Both the position numbers and the translations under genes were made by a program. This document shows, piece after piece, positions 40,342 through 53,624 of a stretch of DNA of 64,000 nt. Origin of the DNA: Octopus sinensis (Eukaryota); contig NC_043010.1 of assembly GCF_006345805.1 (NCBI RefSeq), positions 6,882,001-6,946,000 of the forward strand, in the 5' to 3' direction. Positions within the stretch are counted from its first letter, which is position 1. Each line of letters starts with the position of its first letter. Below the pieces are notes generated by a model. The model searched no databases, was not told the origin of the DNA, and was given only the letters and a program-made list of their open reading frames with translations.

Positions 40342-40685
40342 TATATATATATTATATATATGTATATATATATACATTATATATATGTATATATATAATT
40401 ATATATATATACATATATACATATATACATACATATATATATAGATATATAGTCAAAACGAAAAAAAAACAAAAACAAAACAAAACAAACAACGTTTATA
40501 AAGATATAATTTTTTCAGTTTTTTTGTACGACATCTTGTCACCTGGGAGAAAGGCCCATTATATTTCATGAGGGTGGGGCTTTTTTTATACACACTGAAT
40601 AGAATGAATTTTAAAGATCCCAAGAAGAAAGTAACATTTGTCTGTGTATGAATGTGTCTATGTGTACATACATACACACATACAT

Positions 40686-40722
<37 letters not shown>

Positions 40723-40812
40723 CATATACATATATATTTTTATTTATATATTTTTACATATATACACATATATGTCTATATATACATATATATATTTCAG
40801 TGTGTGAGAGAA

Positions 40813-40849
<37 letters not shown>

Positions 40850-42109
40850 TATAAATACATCTTATGTATGTGTATATATATACACCTATGTATGCATTTA
40901 TGCATATTCTTATACATATATTTAGATATATATTGATATATTCATATATTCATATACATACAGACATATATTCACACATACATGAAATATATATCCAAAC
41001 ATGTGCATACACACACAAAACACACACACACAGCACATGCAACACACACATATGCACACATATACATATATATGCATACATGTATACATTTATACTTACA
41101 TACATATATACATACACCTTTTTTTGAACAAAATGAGTCCCTTAATATAATATTTGGAATCTTTCATTATATATTTTTTTCATGATTTTTTTAAAGTGTT
41201 TAGTTATTTTAATGAAGTGGTAAAATTTGATACAATTTATGGCATTATGAATAATTTAAATAAATTGGAATAGTTTTGAGAGCTAGTAAAAATATCTTTT
41301 TTTCCTTTTTTTTCCTCAGTTATCTGTGAATACCGTATTTGGTCAACTGTTGGGTTGCTAATATCGCATTTGTTTTATGAGAATTTCCGTGATATGTAAC
41401 TTAACATTTATTGACTTCTTTAATAAACATTTCAAAATTGTTTGATATATTAGAGTTCCACAGCCAAGTGGGGGGGTTTGTATATTAATTTTTCTTTTTT
41501 TATTCTTTCTCACATAGAACAGAAAATGGTCTTGAGCAAAGAATTTGACAATTCTTCATAATCAGGAGTTCCAGGAGTTAAGCAGAACATATGGAATGGT
41601 TACAATAAATTGCATCTGTTATTCAACTTGTGACACTTCTGGAATTAATGTTTCTGTCAGGAATTGGTAGAGAGTTTTGGTACTATTTAATGGTGCCGTC
41701 AGTTATTTTTTGTAATGATGTCTTACCTGTACTTGAGTGTAAAGTGGGCTTGTAGGAGGTTGAACCTGGAAAATAAAACAAGAAAATATCAACATCATTG
41801 TTAACATTCTTATTACAGTTAATCCAAGGAAGTTGAATGGTAAATACTAACTCACGTCAAAAAATGATTGAAGGAAAGAAGTCTTTGACACTTTTGGTAC
41901 CAACTTTTCTGGCTAATTCTTAGTTCTGCGATACAAGATTACTTATTTTAAACTATTCAGATTTAAACCTGATATAATTTTATGTAAGTATTTTACATTA
42001 AGTTTGTACTCCAAGCACCAGTTTAATAATGAAAAATATTAATCATTTCTCCATGTTTTCAATTATTTTCAACATTAATTGAAATACAGGCACATTAATG
42101 ACTGCATAA

Positions 42110-42870
42110 GAAGCTTGCTTTGCAGCCATGAGGTTTGGGGTTCAGTTCTTCTGTGCAGCGTATCAGGTTTCTGCTATACCTGAGGTCAACAAATGCTTTG
42201 TGAGTGAAATTCTTTGATAGAAAGTTTGTGGAAGTCCATCATAGACATGTGTGTGTGTTTCCTTGCATTTGTGATTACTCCACCCACACTACTCGACAGC
42301 TGATGTTGGTTTGTTTAGATCCCCATAACATAGCAGTTTTTGGTAAAAGAGACTAATAGAATTGGTATTACTCTTTTACTTGTTTCAGTCATTTGACTGT
42401 GGCCATGCTGGAGCACCGCCTTTAATTGAGCAACTCGACCCCGGGACGTATTCTTTTGTAAGCCCAGTACTTATTCTATCGGTCTCTTTTTGCTGAACTG
42501 CTAAGTAACGGGGACATAAACACACCAGCATCGGTTGTCAAGCAATGCTAGAGGGACAAACACAGACACAGAAACACACACATGCATATATATATATACA
42601 TATATACGACGGGCTTCTTTCAGTTTCCGTCTACCAAATCCACTCACAAGGCATTGGTCAGCCCGGGGCTATAGCAGAAGACACTTGCCCAAGATGCCAT
42701 GCAGTGGGACTGAACCCGGAACCATGTGGTTGGTAAACAAGCAACTTACCACACAACCACTCCTGCGCCTATCAGACTGAAAAAAAAGTAAGTGCTGGGG
42801 TGGAGTTGATTGACTAAACCCTTCATGGGTTTAGTCTAATGGCTACAGTCTAATGAGTGAAATTAAAAGA
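42110..42870 (+). mobile_element. Old, diverged family-A-related SINE interrupted by a younger copy
   Basis: Degenerate head and body at 42110-42368 resume at about 42770-42870 with the 3' part. Confidence 0.65.
42369..42769 (-). mobile_element. SINE family A, full length
   Basis: Tail ctcttttac...; ends ...ccactcctgcgcc (reverse complement GGCGCAGG). Confidence 0.92.
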
Positions 42871-43458
42871 GGATAAAAGGTTTTCTTTTGTTTGTAAAGT
42901 ATGTGCATAAAATGTGAAGAAATTTTGTCTTCATGCGCACATACGTGTGTGTGTGTGTTACAACAAATAATAGAGATTAATAAATCCAGGCAGATATCTT
43001 GTAAGCTCTCAGTGTTAAGCAAACTCGATTCACTACATCAAACAATCAGATACCAATAGATCCGAGTAGAATTAGCATTCACAGTATTTCCTCTGGTGTG
43101 ACAAGTAAATCCAAAGATTACATGGAAGAATTTGAAGAAATCCAGAGCATATAACAAGAATGAACAAGAATGGAGAATATCACATCTTTATTTGAGGATT
43201 ACATCATATATGGCCAAAGACCGTTTCTCTTGTGTAAGCAGTTTTAGACAGAGTGAAAGGTACAAAATACAAATGGATCCATATTGGATTGATTGTTAAA
43301 TTCAATATATCTCAAATCTATATGAACACAAAGCTTGAATTCAAAGTGAAGAGATAGAATGACTACAATACTTAAATGCAAGCAAAAAGTGGGTTAAGTA
43401 TAAATATTATATGCTAAGAAAAGCCAGTTTAGTATTTTGGTACGCTAAAAGTAAAATT

Positions 43459-43767
43459 CAATCTGGTCTGGCAAAGTTTCTACAGCTGGATGCCCTTCCT
43501 AATACCAACCCCTCTAAGAGTGTAGTGGGTGCTTTTTACGTGCCACTGGCATATCAGATAGGCCTGGCAATGACCATGCTCATGCTCAAAAGGTGTTTTT
43601 ACGTGCTACCTGCATGGGTGCCAGTCTGGCGGCACTGGCAATGACCATGCTCAAATGTTGTTTTTCATGTGCCACCAGCACGGAAACCAATCCATGGCCC
43701 TGGCAACGATTACATTCAGATGTGCTTTTAACATTCCACTGGCATGAGTGCCAATCAGGTGGTACTG

Positions 43768-43772
<5 letters not shown>
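43459..43772 (-). mobile_element. Family B element, diverged
   Basis: ctggatgcccttcctaataccaacc...gtagtgggtgctttttacgtgcca plus 5' subrepeats. Confidence 0.75.
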
Positions 43773-43806
<34 letters not shown>

Positions 43807-43894
43807 CTTAGTAAATAGAGCTATATAAATAAAACTATTTACACACACAAACTACAGAACAGTAAAGTTAACCCACAGCACCATTTCTCCAAAG

Positions 43895-43935
43895 ATTTCC
43901 TGACGAAAAGGGTCCTAACCCTGAAATAGTGAAAT
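43895..43935 (+). ncRNA. Degenerate hammerhead-like motif in a microsatellite-flanked cassette (43805-44017)
   Basis: atttc-CTGACGA-aa aggg tcctaa ccct-GAAA-tagt-gaaat; stems I and II and both conserved boxes are present, but stem III/cleavage site is 2 nt short. Confidence 0.5.
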
Positions 43936-44068
43936 ACATGGTAAAAAGTACAAGCCATTGCTTTGTATTATTTCTAACTTGAATTGTTTTAGCTTCATAA
44001 AAAAGTTTAAAACATTTATATACATACATACATGTATGTATGCATGAATGTATGTATGTATGTATGTA

Positions 44069-44595
44069 TGGGAAGGCATAGCTATTGATCGTAGCAGGTG
44101 GAGAAGGATTGTGCATGAGGGGACAGCCACGTTTGAGAAATCTCGAGTTGCACATGAGAAAGTAAGGAGGGATGTCAGGAAGGGCATCGCTGTTACACTT
44201 CCAGAAGGGAAGGGTCTTCCTTTGATTCTGACATGCAATGTCTGTGCAAGACCCTGCCTCAGTAAAGCTGGACTCATGAGTCATCTTCGTAGTCATAAAA
44301 CGAGACAGATGAGTGACAACCTGGCCACTGGTGGTGGTGTAACACACCATACTAATCATATCTGTCGGGCATGTGGAAGAGAGTGTAATTCGGCAGGACT
44401 TAAACGAAATGCAAAGGTACATGAAGCCCAGTTACAACTACAGCTGGCTATTACCAGTAAAGGTTTTAGTTGCCAATTCTGTACAAGACATTGTGGATCT
44501 TTAGCTGGACTAAAAAGTCACATTCGATCACAGCACCAGTAACAGTAAAGCATCGTGCAATGGCCATACTCGAGAAAGGGGGAGGCAGCCATGAT
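44069..44595 (+). mobile_element. 5'-truncated RTE-clade LINE, ORF C-terminus with three C2H2-type zinc-finger units and 3' UTR
   Basis: Open frame WEGIAIDRSRWRRIVHEGTATFE...CNVCARPCLSKAGLMSHLRSH...CRACGRECNSAGLKRNAKVH...CQFCTRHCGSLAGLKSHIRSQH, stop at 44542. Confidence 0.85.
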
Positions 44596-45418
44596 AAAAA
44601 GAAAATGCTTGTGTGCATGCATGTATGTATGTATGTATGTATGTATTATTTGTTTGTCCGTCTGTCTGTCTCTCTGTCTACATATATACACATGCAATAT
44701 ATATTTATGAAAGTAATTGTGTATTTATGTGTTATATATGCATTTATACATATATGTACACACACACACGTGTTTGTGTGTGTATTGTGGATGTTTGTGA
44801 AATGAATATCATTGTGCTATATAAATGAATGTCCTAGTTATCATAAAATTAACAGATACGCTATATCTATATCAATTCTAAATGAATAATTAGTGCTATT
44901 TCTTGTACAGCTATTAACAATATCCTTGTTATCTGTTTTATGAAATACATCAATATTGAGGAGATAAATCAATAGTATAAAACAAGTACTTTTATGAGAG
45001 GTATCTGTGTTTGTGAGTATGTGTGTGTGTATGTATATATACTTGCATATACATATATGAATATATGATTATGTACGTGAGTATATTTACCTATGTATTT
45101 ATAAGTTTATATGTATATTCAAATACATTCACACACATACATATTTATAAGTAAATACATATTTATATGTAAATGTATGTGGGTTATATGACTATATGGA
45201 TGTAAACACACACATGCATGCACGTGTATGTATATGCAAGTATTCGTTTTGGAGACAAAATCAGTATGATACTTATAACAAAAGATGGTGACAACTAAAG
45301 AAAGGAAATACCAGAGACCTATCCAACTTCTACAAATATAGGAGAATGGATGTAAAGTCATTGGTGATGTACAAGGACTACTAAATAGAAATAATAAATC
45401 ATTGATAATGGCCACATT

Positions 45419-45731
45419 CATCATCATCATCGTTTAACGTCCGTTTTCCGCTCTAGCATGGGTTGGACGGTTCGACCGGGGTCTGGGAAGCCAGGGGCTG
45501 CTCCAGGCTCCAGTCTGATCTGGCAGAGTTTCTATGGCTGGATGCCCTTCCTAACGCCAACCACTCCGCGAGTGTAGTGGGTGCTTTTTACGTGCCACCT
45601 GCACAGGTGCCAGGGGGGGTCCGGCATCGGCCACGATCGGTTGGAGCTTTTAACGTGCCAGCGGCACGGAAGCCAGCCAAGGCGGCGCTGGCAACGTTCA
45701 GATGGTGCTTTTTATGTGCCACCGGCACAGG
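45419..45731 (-). mobile_element. Family B element
   Basis: (CAT)n-cgtttaacgtccgttttcc... with tandem subrepeats of about 60 bp (ggtgcttttt..gtgcca..ggcac). Confidence 0.9.
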
Positions 45732-46462
45732 CATCACAACTACTATTTCCATTGATATTTATTTCGACGTTCATGTTCATGTACTTGACTCAACCTCTTC
45801 AATAAAATGTTCTCATATTGGCGGTTTTATAAAAGTGGTTTCTAAGACAGAGAGAAGGCCATAGATTTGGTGTCAATTAAATTGATTCCAGTTCTTAAAC
45901 GAACCCGTGGAAATGAAAGTGAAAGTCAACCTCAGATGAATTTGAACTCAGAATATACATTGACCTAACTAAATGCAAACCTTCAGTTTGTCTTGTTTCT
46001 ACTGTAAAAAAAAATTTACTCAATAGGTCTTATAGGAGTTATCTCATTTGCTTCTTATAATTAGATTTTTTTGTCTAATTACTTGGTCTATCCCAGTTGA
46101 TTAAAAGTTTTCAACTCACTATGTCTTACATTTTAAAATCCTTCTATAATCTCCCTATAGTATTACTAATGGCCACATTAATATAACAAAATTCAGTGAA
46201 CTCTCTACTAATTTATTATCATAATTTTAGCATTCACTTTTCCATGCATGGGGCAGACAAATTTGTTGTGGGACATTTTTTGCAGTTTGACTTATACCCG
46301 TTTTCAACCTAAGTAATATTTTCTTTAGTCCTTTACACATAAATGGCCTCACGTGTCACAATGCCCTTCGCTAATCAAAACACATACTAAGTGAAGTCTG
46401 GACCTACTAGTTTGTACTGGCATCAAGTTGTATAAACTGTAATAATGAAATCAAACCAAATA

Positions 46463-46853
46463 GGCGCAGGAGTGGCTTGCTAACCAACCACATGGTTCCG
46501 GGTTCAGTCCCACTGTGTGGAATCTTGGCCAAGTGTCTTCTGCTATAGCCTCGGGCCGAACAAAGCCTTGTGAGTGGATTTGGTAGACGGAAACTGAAAG
46601 AAGCCTGTCATATATATGTATATATATGTATGTGTGTGTATATGTTTGTGTGTCTGTGTTTGTCCCTCTAGCATTGCTTGACAACTGATGCTGGTGTGTT
46701 TACGTCCCCATCACTTAGCGGTTCGGCAAAAGAGACCGATTGAATAAGTACTGGGCTTACAACGAATAAGTCCCGGGCTTGACTAAAGGCGGTGCTCCAG
46801 CATGGCCGCAGTCAAATGACTGAAACAAGTAAAAGAGTAAAAGAGTAAAGAGT
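46463..46853 (+). mobile_element. SINE family A with a small deletion in the tRNA head
   Basis: GGCGCAGGAGTGGCT joined directly to TGCTAACC; intact B box, body and tail. Confidence 0.9.
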
Positions 46854-47360
46854 AAATAAGATAAATAAAAATCAATGTAAACAACAATAAAACAATTAAT
46901 TTTTGTTACTCAGAACATTTTATTAAACTACACATACACACGAGCACATGCACACATGCATACACACACACACACATACACACACACACACACATACATA
47001 CACAAACTTATTTCAATTCCCATCTATGAAATCCATTCGCAAAGCTTTGTTTGACCCAGGGCTATAGAAGAAGATAACATCAAGGTGCCATGCAGTGGGA
47101 CTGAAATCAAAACCACGTGGTTGAAATGCAAACTTTTTAGCCATATAGTCACACCTGTGCCTTACTATGCCTTGCTACACCCGCATCTTGCCACACCTGT
47201 GTTTCCAACCCATGCAAGGAGGGAAAAGTGAATCGATGTTAAAATGATAATAATGATGATGATAATAGAATATATGTATCTGTATGTAACGAGTGCTGTT
47301 CATTATGCATTTTATAATATACAGTATACTTATGTATTCCATAGAACAACAAAATGAATT

Positions 47361-47726
47361 CATCATCATCATCATCATCATCATCGTTTAACGTCCGTTT
47401 TCCGCACTAGCACGGGTTGGACGGTTCGACCGGGTCTGGGAAGCCAGGGGCTGCTCCAGGCTCCAGTCTGATCTGGCAGAGTTTCTACGGCTGGATGCCC
47501 TTCCTAACACCAACCACTCCATGAGTGTAGTGGGTGCTTTTTACGTGCCACCTGCACAGGTGCCAGGGGGGTTCCGGCATCGGCCACGATCGGTTGGAGC
47601 TTTTAACGTGCCAGCAGCACGAAAGCCAGCCAAGGCGGCGCTGGCAACGGCCACGTTCGGATGGTGCTTTTTATGTGCCACCGGCACAGAGGCCAGTCGG
47701 GGCGGTGCTGGCATCGGCTACGTTCG
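47361..47726 (-). mobile_element. Family B element
   Basis: Near-identical to 45419-45731, with additional 5' subrepeat sequence. Confidence 0.9.
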
Positions 47727-47927
47727 AATTGTAAATAAATTTTATCAGAAAGAGGAATAGTAATACTGGAAGATCAGGGAAGATATATAGAAGTCAGAAG
47801 AATATAAGAAAAGATTTCAAACAGAGAAACAAACAATTAATGGACTGAAAAATAGATTTAGAAAACGATTGATAGGTAGGATAAATTTTAAATGGAATGG
47901 AAAAAATGCAGAATAATTAGGCATTAA

Positions 47928-48149
47928 CCCTTTTGTTACTGTATTTATTTTGAGATGCTCTGTATTTCTTTCAATCCCTTTAAATACGACAAAGAATTTA
48001 GTAAAATAACCTGGTTATCATTAAGCTAGTGTTAGGAACATAAATTGTGACTAAGGTTTGGTGGAAGATTTTTAATTCAAAACTTATGAAAACAAGACAT
48101 TTTTACTACAGAGCCAGAGCCGGTTTCAGCCGGGTTGGCAATGAAAGGG
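47928..48149. mobile_element. piggyBac-type MITE
   Basis: TTAA on both sides (47924-27, 48150-53); termini CCCTTTTGTTAC and GCAATGAAAGGG form imperfect TIRs. Confidence 0.8.
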
Positions 48150-48660
48150 TTAAAGAAAAAAAGTTATTCACTCTTGCTTCACAACAGCATTTTATAAATC
48201 TGACATAATGAAAACCTTTGTTAAATCTTTAGGTATGCTAATTAATGCTTCAATATGATACTTTTTGGTGCCAAAAAATTATTACCATAAAAAATCAATA
48301 ATATTTCAAAATTGAATTTTTATACATTTTAAAAATGGAATGACAATCAGAATCACTTATTGATGATTTCCATCTCTCATCATGCTTTTGGCAAATTGCT
48401 TGTTATTGGCTCCAGTTCTTGAGGGGTTAATTTAATGTCTCATTAAATTGCGAGGAATAGTCTTTAAAAATGAAAATTTATAGCAACATTGTAATCATTT
48501 CAAGATTTTATTATGTGACAATTGATTGATATCTTTAACCTCTGAGATCTGTCAAGCATATTCTTGCACGTGACATAAAAAAGGTAGATATGTTGATGTG
48601 TATATGTACACACACACCACACACACATACACATGCACACATACATATACATATACGTGG

Positions 48661-48926
48661 CACTGAACACCTTTTTGATCTTCATGTGTCTAACACACGT
48701 GGACATGCCTACAAAGTCAGAAAACAACACAGCTCCCATGACTTTCAGAAACATTTTTTCACGCTCAGAGTTGCTGAAGCATGGAACAAACTGCCTGCGT
48801 CAGTTGTTGACTGCCATGACACTACATCCTTTAAGGCCCTCATGCTTTCCGAAATCCGCCGAAACTACACCTGATTATATATACACTTTAGATGAGTTGT
48901 AGTGCACCTGAGCACTGTACACAATG
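48661..48926 (+). mobile_element. CR1 LINE 3' fragment
   Basis: TEHLFDLHVSNTRGHAYKVRKQHSSHDFQKHFFTLRVAEAWNKLPASVV, followed by the 3' UTR. Confidence 0.9.
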
Positions 48927-49659
48927 TTTTTGTTATTATTTTTTTTTATATATAAATGAGTGGGTGGTGAAAAGTTCTTGGTAAAAGAAAATACAGGAGG
49001 ATCAGTAAATTATGATTTTATTGAACATACTCCCCTCTCAGATTCATTCACTTATTGCAGCAGTCCTTCAGTTTTTCTAAGCACTGTAAAAGGACATTCA
49101 GGTGGTACTGACGTTGACCACGTTCAGATGGTGCTTTTTACATACATGCCACCAGCATAGGAGCCAGTCAGGGGACACTAGCATCGATTATGTTCAGATG
49201 GTTCTTACACTAGATAGCTCTTTTCTTAGTATTGAGTACTCTTTTTTTTTTTGCCTTGTTCACAATCAAGTGTCCAGAAAGTGATTCACAACTTGGAGAG
49301 AAAACCTATACAACTTAGCACGAGTGTCCTAATAGTCATCAGCATCGGAATACAAAAAGCTGGAAGAGATACTCCGAAGTATCCAGTCCAGCTCTGGATC
49401 AGTTCCCATCTCTGAAGGATCAAAAAGTAAAGCTTACCTCAGTGTAATTTGAACTCAGAGTCAAAGTAAATAACAAATGGCATGCTGACTCTCTACATAG
49501 ATAGGTACATGGGCGTTCGAGGGCCTTTGCGCTCGCGCGCCATGGCGCGCGCTGGGGGCTTGGTCGGCCCCTTGGGCTTGCGTTGTACTGCTTGTGCGTT
49601 GTGTGCGTGAGCGCGCTTCGTGTGTGTGGGCTTGCTTCGGATGTGCGCGTGCGTATGTA

Positions 49660-51252
49660 TGCATACTTACCCACACACTCGCATGCATCCCTACCCACAT
49701 ACATACACGCACACCTACTCACACACACACATACACACACACACACATACCCGCGCACACACACACATACATACATACACACACATACCTACTTCAGACA
49801 TACACACACACAGACATACACCCATACACTCACACTCACACGCATACACACACACACATACACACGCACACGTACACATACACACACACACACCTACATA
49901 CATACATTACACTTGTATACACACACACTTACATTCATACACACACACACCTACACAGCCATACCCTCACTCAGACACACACATCTACCTACACACACAC
50001 ACAAACACACACAGACACACACCCATACATACATACATCTACACACACACGCCTACACACATACATACACACATACATAAACACACCCACATAGACATAC
50101 ACACACATACGCACACACACACATATACTTATACACATGCACACACACACACATACATACATACACCCATACACATACACACACACATACCTACATACTC
50201 CTATACGCACATACATACACACAGACATACACACATACACACTCACACAAACATACACACACACATACTTACACACACACTCACCTGCACGCGCACACAC
50301 ATGCATGACAAACACCCATACACTCACACTCACATACGCACACACCAACATAAACACGCACACGCACACACACACCTACACTCCCACACACATACACACG
50401 CACCTACATACACACACGCACGCATACACACGCACACACACGCATACACACATACATTACACACGTACACACACACCTACATACACATGCATACACACAC
50501 ACACACAAACATGCACGGACACACCCAGACATACATACATACACCTATATACACACGCCCACACACCTACATACACACACATATACACACGCCCACACAC
50601 CTACATACACACACATACATACACACATACACGGACACACCCATACATACTTACATACATACACCTATACACACACGCCTACACACCTACATACACACAC
50701 ATGCATACACACACACACATGTACGCACATACACACACATATACGCACATACATATATACCCACACACATGCACACACACACACATACGCACATGCATGC
50801 ATGCATGCACACGCGCACACCTACACGCATACACACACACATGTATGTATGTATGTATGTATGTATGCATGTATGTATGTATGTATGTATGTATGTATGT
50901 ATGTATGCATGTATGTATGTATGCATGCATGCATGCACACGCGCACACCTACACGCATACACACACACATGTATGTATGTATGTATGTATGTATGTATGT
51001 ATGTATGTATGTATGCATGTATGTATGTATTGTTTAGATGACAAGAACGCATACACACACACACACGCACGTACACATACATACATACACACCGCATACA
51101 TACACCCATACACATACATGCATCCTACACACACATACATACACACTCACACATACATACACACACACACACTCACTCACACACCTGTATGTACGCGCAC
51201 ACACATGCACATACACACACTTCCCCCACCCACACGTACATACATGCACACT

Positions 51253-51283
<31 letters not shown>

Positions 51284-51420
51284 GGACATACATCTATGCA
51301 CACACATATATACACACATACTCACATACATTCATCGGACACACTGCCACCCAGACATACACACAGACACACTCACACATCCACACACATACATACTTAC
51401 GCGCATACTTGCAGGCACGT
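49660..51420. repeat. Noisy (CA)/(CATA)/(TATG) low-complexity array, probably poorly resolved
   Basis: Irregular RY repeats flanked by atypical GC-rich scrambled sequence. Confidence 0.8.
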
Positions 51421-52139
51421 GCACACACGTGCTTGCGCCGGTTCGCGCACGCATACGCGCCGCATGCACCTCGCTCTTGGACCCGACGAGACCTCATGCG
51501 CGTTCCTGGGACCGTCGCTTGTCGTTGGGTTTTCCCACGCCCGTCTCCGCGGGACCACTCTTCCATCTTCCCCTCAGCTGGAGTCCTTTTTCCTTAACCC
51601 CCCCCTTTTTGTTACACACACGCGCACACATATACACACATTGCTTAAATATATACATTACTCTTACACACATTCAATCTACTCGCCATTAATACTACCA
51701 CGACACTGGACACACACACACACTACTACTCAACACACGCTGGCACGCAACATACGCCCCCACCCCTTCCCCTCCCTCCCTTCCTCCTTCCTTCTTTTTC
51801 TTACTACTGACCTTTGTCTGCTATGCTGACCACTGTCTCGCCCTACCTCACACGCCTACACACAGACGCACACACTAACACATACATATATTTTTTGTTT
51901 TTTTTATCTCGCCTCACACACACACATACACACACGCACACGTACACACTCACACATACACACACATCTGTTGCGTTACCAACCTTGTCTCCACTCTTTT
52001 GCCTTTAAAAACCTACTTTGCTCTTGTTATCGTAAACTTCCGCCTTTCACCATGTGTAACTCGTAAACACCAGTCGTTTTTTTTCTCTATCCCTGTTGCC
52101 CGCTTTGGGATCTTTCTTTCCTCTCTCTTCCTTCTTTAT

Positions 52140-52174
52140 GTTTCCGACGAAGAGCTCCGCTCGAAACGTCATAC
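52140..52174 (+). ncRNA. Minimal hammerhead ribozyme motif (Penelope pLTR-type)
   Basis: gttt-CCGACGA-a gagc tcc gctc-GAAA-CG-TC-atac; 4-bp stem II, loopless AC/GT stem III and 3/4 pairs in stem I. Confidence 0.65.
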
Positions 52175-52449
52175 CCTCCTGCTTCCATTTCCTGAGCGCC
52201 TATTAATAATAATACTGTAATTGTTCCATTGTTGTTGTTTTTTTGTTTTCCCGTTTGGATTAAAATTACACACATATATACATACACACATATATACATA
52301 CACACATACACACATACATGCATATATGCATATATATATATACATATATACACAATCTCACACACACATGCATGTATGTATATCCATGTACACACACACA
52401 CACACACACATACACATATACACATGTATATATAACTGTATATATATAT

Positions 52450-52619
52450 ACACTCACGGAGTGGTTGGCGTTAGGAAGGGCACCCAGCTGTAGAAACACT
52501 GCCAGATCAGACTGGAGCCTAGTGCAGCCTTCTGGCTTCCCAGACCCCAGTTGAACCGTCCAACCCATGCTAGCATGGAAAGCGGACGTTAAACGATGAT
52601 GATGATGATGATGATGATG
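52450..52619 (+). mobile_element. Family B element, 3' part
   Basis: acactcacggagtggttggcgttaggaagggc...aaacgatgatgat. Confidence 0.9.
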
Positions 52620-52645
52620 TATATATTATATTCATATTTCAGTGC

Positions 52646-52677
<32 letters not shown>

Positions 52678-53624
52678 ATTGAGAGGACTAAAGTGACCAT
52701 GGACGCTGCCTTTCACTCTTGACTAGCTAATAAGAAAAAGTAATATAAAACTCAATAACTAAGGAAGATATTGGTGTTTGAGTGTTTACAGCAATTTTAC
52801 TGCGAGCAGTTAAACACACAATGTGCTTAGATCAGCGTCTTCTGATGTATGGAAACTACTCTTTCAGGCTGCACATTGATGAATAAATGATTGTGTAAAA
52901 TCTGCAATAATAGCTATGACAAAGCTAAGGGTGTTGATCATGATAATACTATGATAAATCTACATGTTTGTATTTGCACTGGTGTAAATACAAATAGGAA
53001 AAGTAAATAAGACTACCGTTGAAAGAAGTCCTTAGATATATCCTAACAAATAGAAAATTAATAGTAGATTTGTCAAAATTATACTGCCAACGATGTATAA
53101 AATGATGTATAGACCATTTGAAAGCTAACGCAATTTTCTTACCGAAATCAAAATAATAGCTTTAGCAAACATATTTAAAGACATTAGCATTACTTGGATT
53201 GTGTTGCAGTAATGTAAATATATGATATTATTGATATGGTATTGAAAGTTGAATGGTAAATTCTTTTATGACAGTGCAGCAATCAACAGAATGACATTTA
53301 TCAAACTTAAGAAGAAACCAAATAGTTAGAATATCAGCCTCAAAGCTATAGTTCGAACCATATCATAAAAATTCTATTGTCTCATTCTTCTTTTAGTCTA
53401 CGTGGCTTCAAATAAGTCGATCCTTGTTTAATATAGACACAGGCATACAACTACTAGATGTGGGTTCAGTCCCACTGCACAGCATCTTGGGAAAATGTCT
53501 TCTGTTGAGAAATGCTATGTAAGTGAATTTGGTAGAGGGAAACTATGTTAAAACCTACTGTGTGCATGTGTGTGAGTGTTTGTTTTTGTCTGTCACTGCT
53601 TAACAACTGGTATAAGATTATGTA

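Noticed and set aside
45560-47726. Regular subrepeats of about 60 bp with variable spacers, superficially CRISPR-like
   Set aside because: They are internal subrepeats of a dispersed eukaryotic retroelement; spacers are related to each other and no cas genes are present.
49535-49555. Perfect GC palindrome gcgcgccatggcgcgc
   Set aside because: It lies in the suspected low-quality assembly segment.
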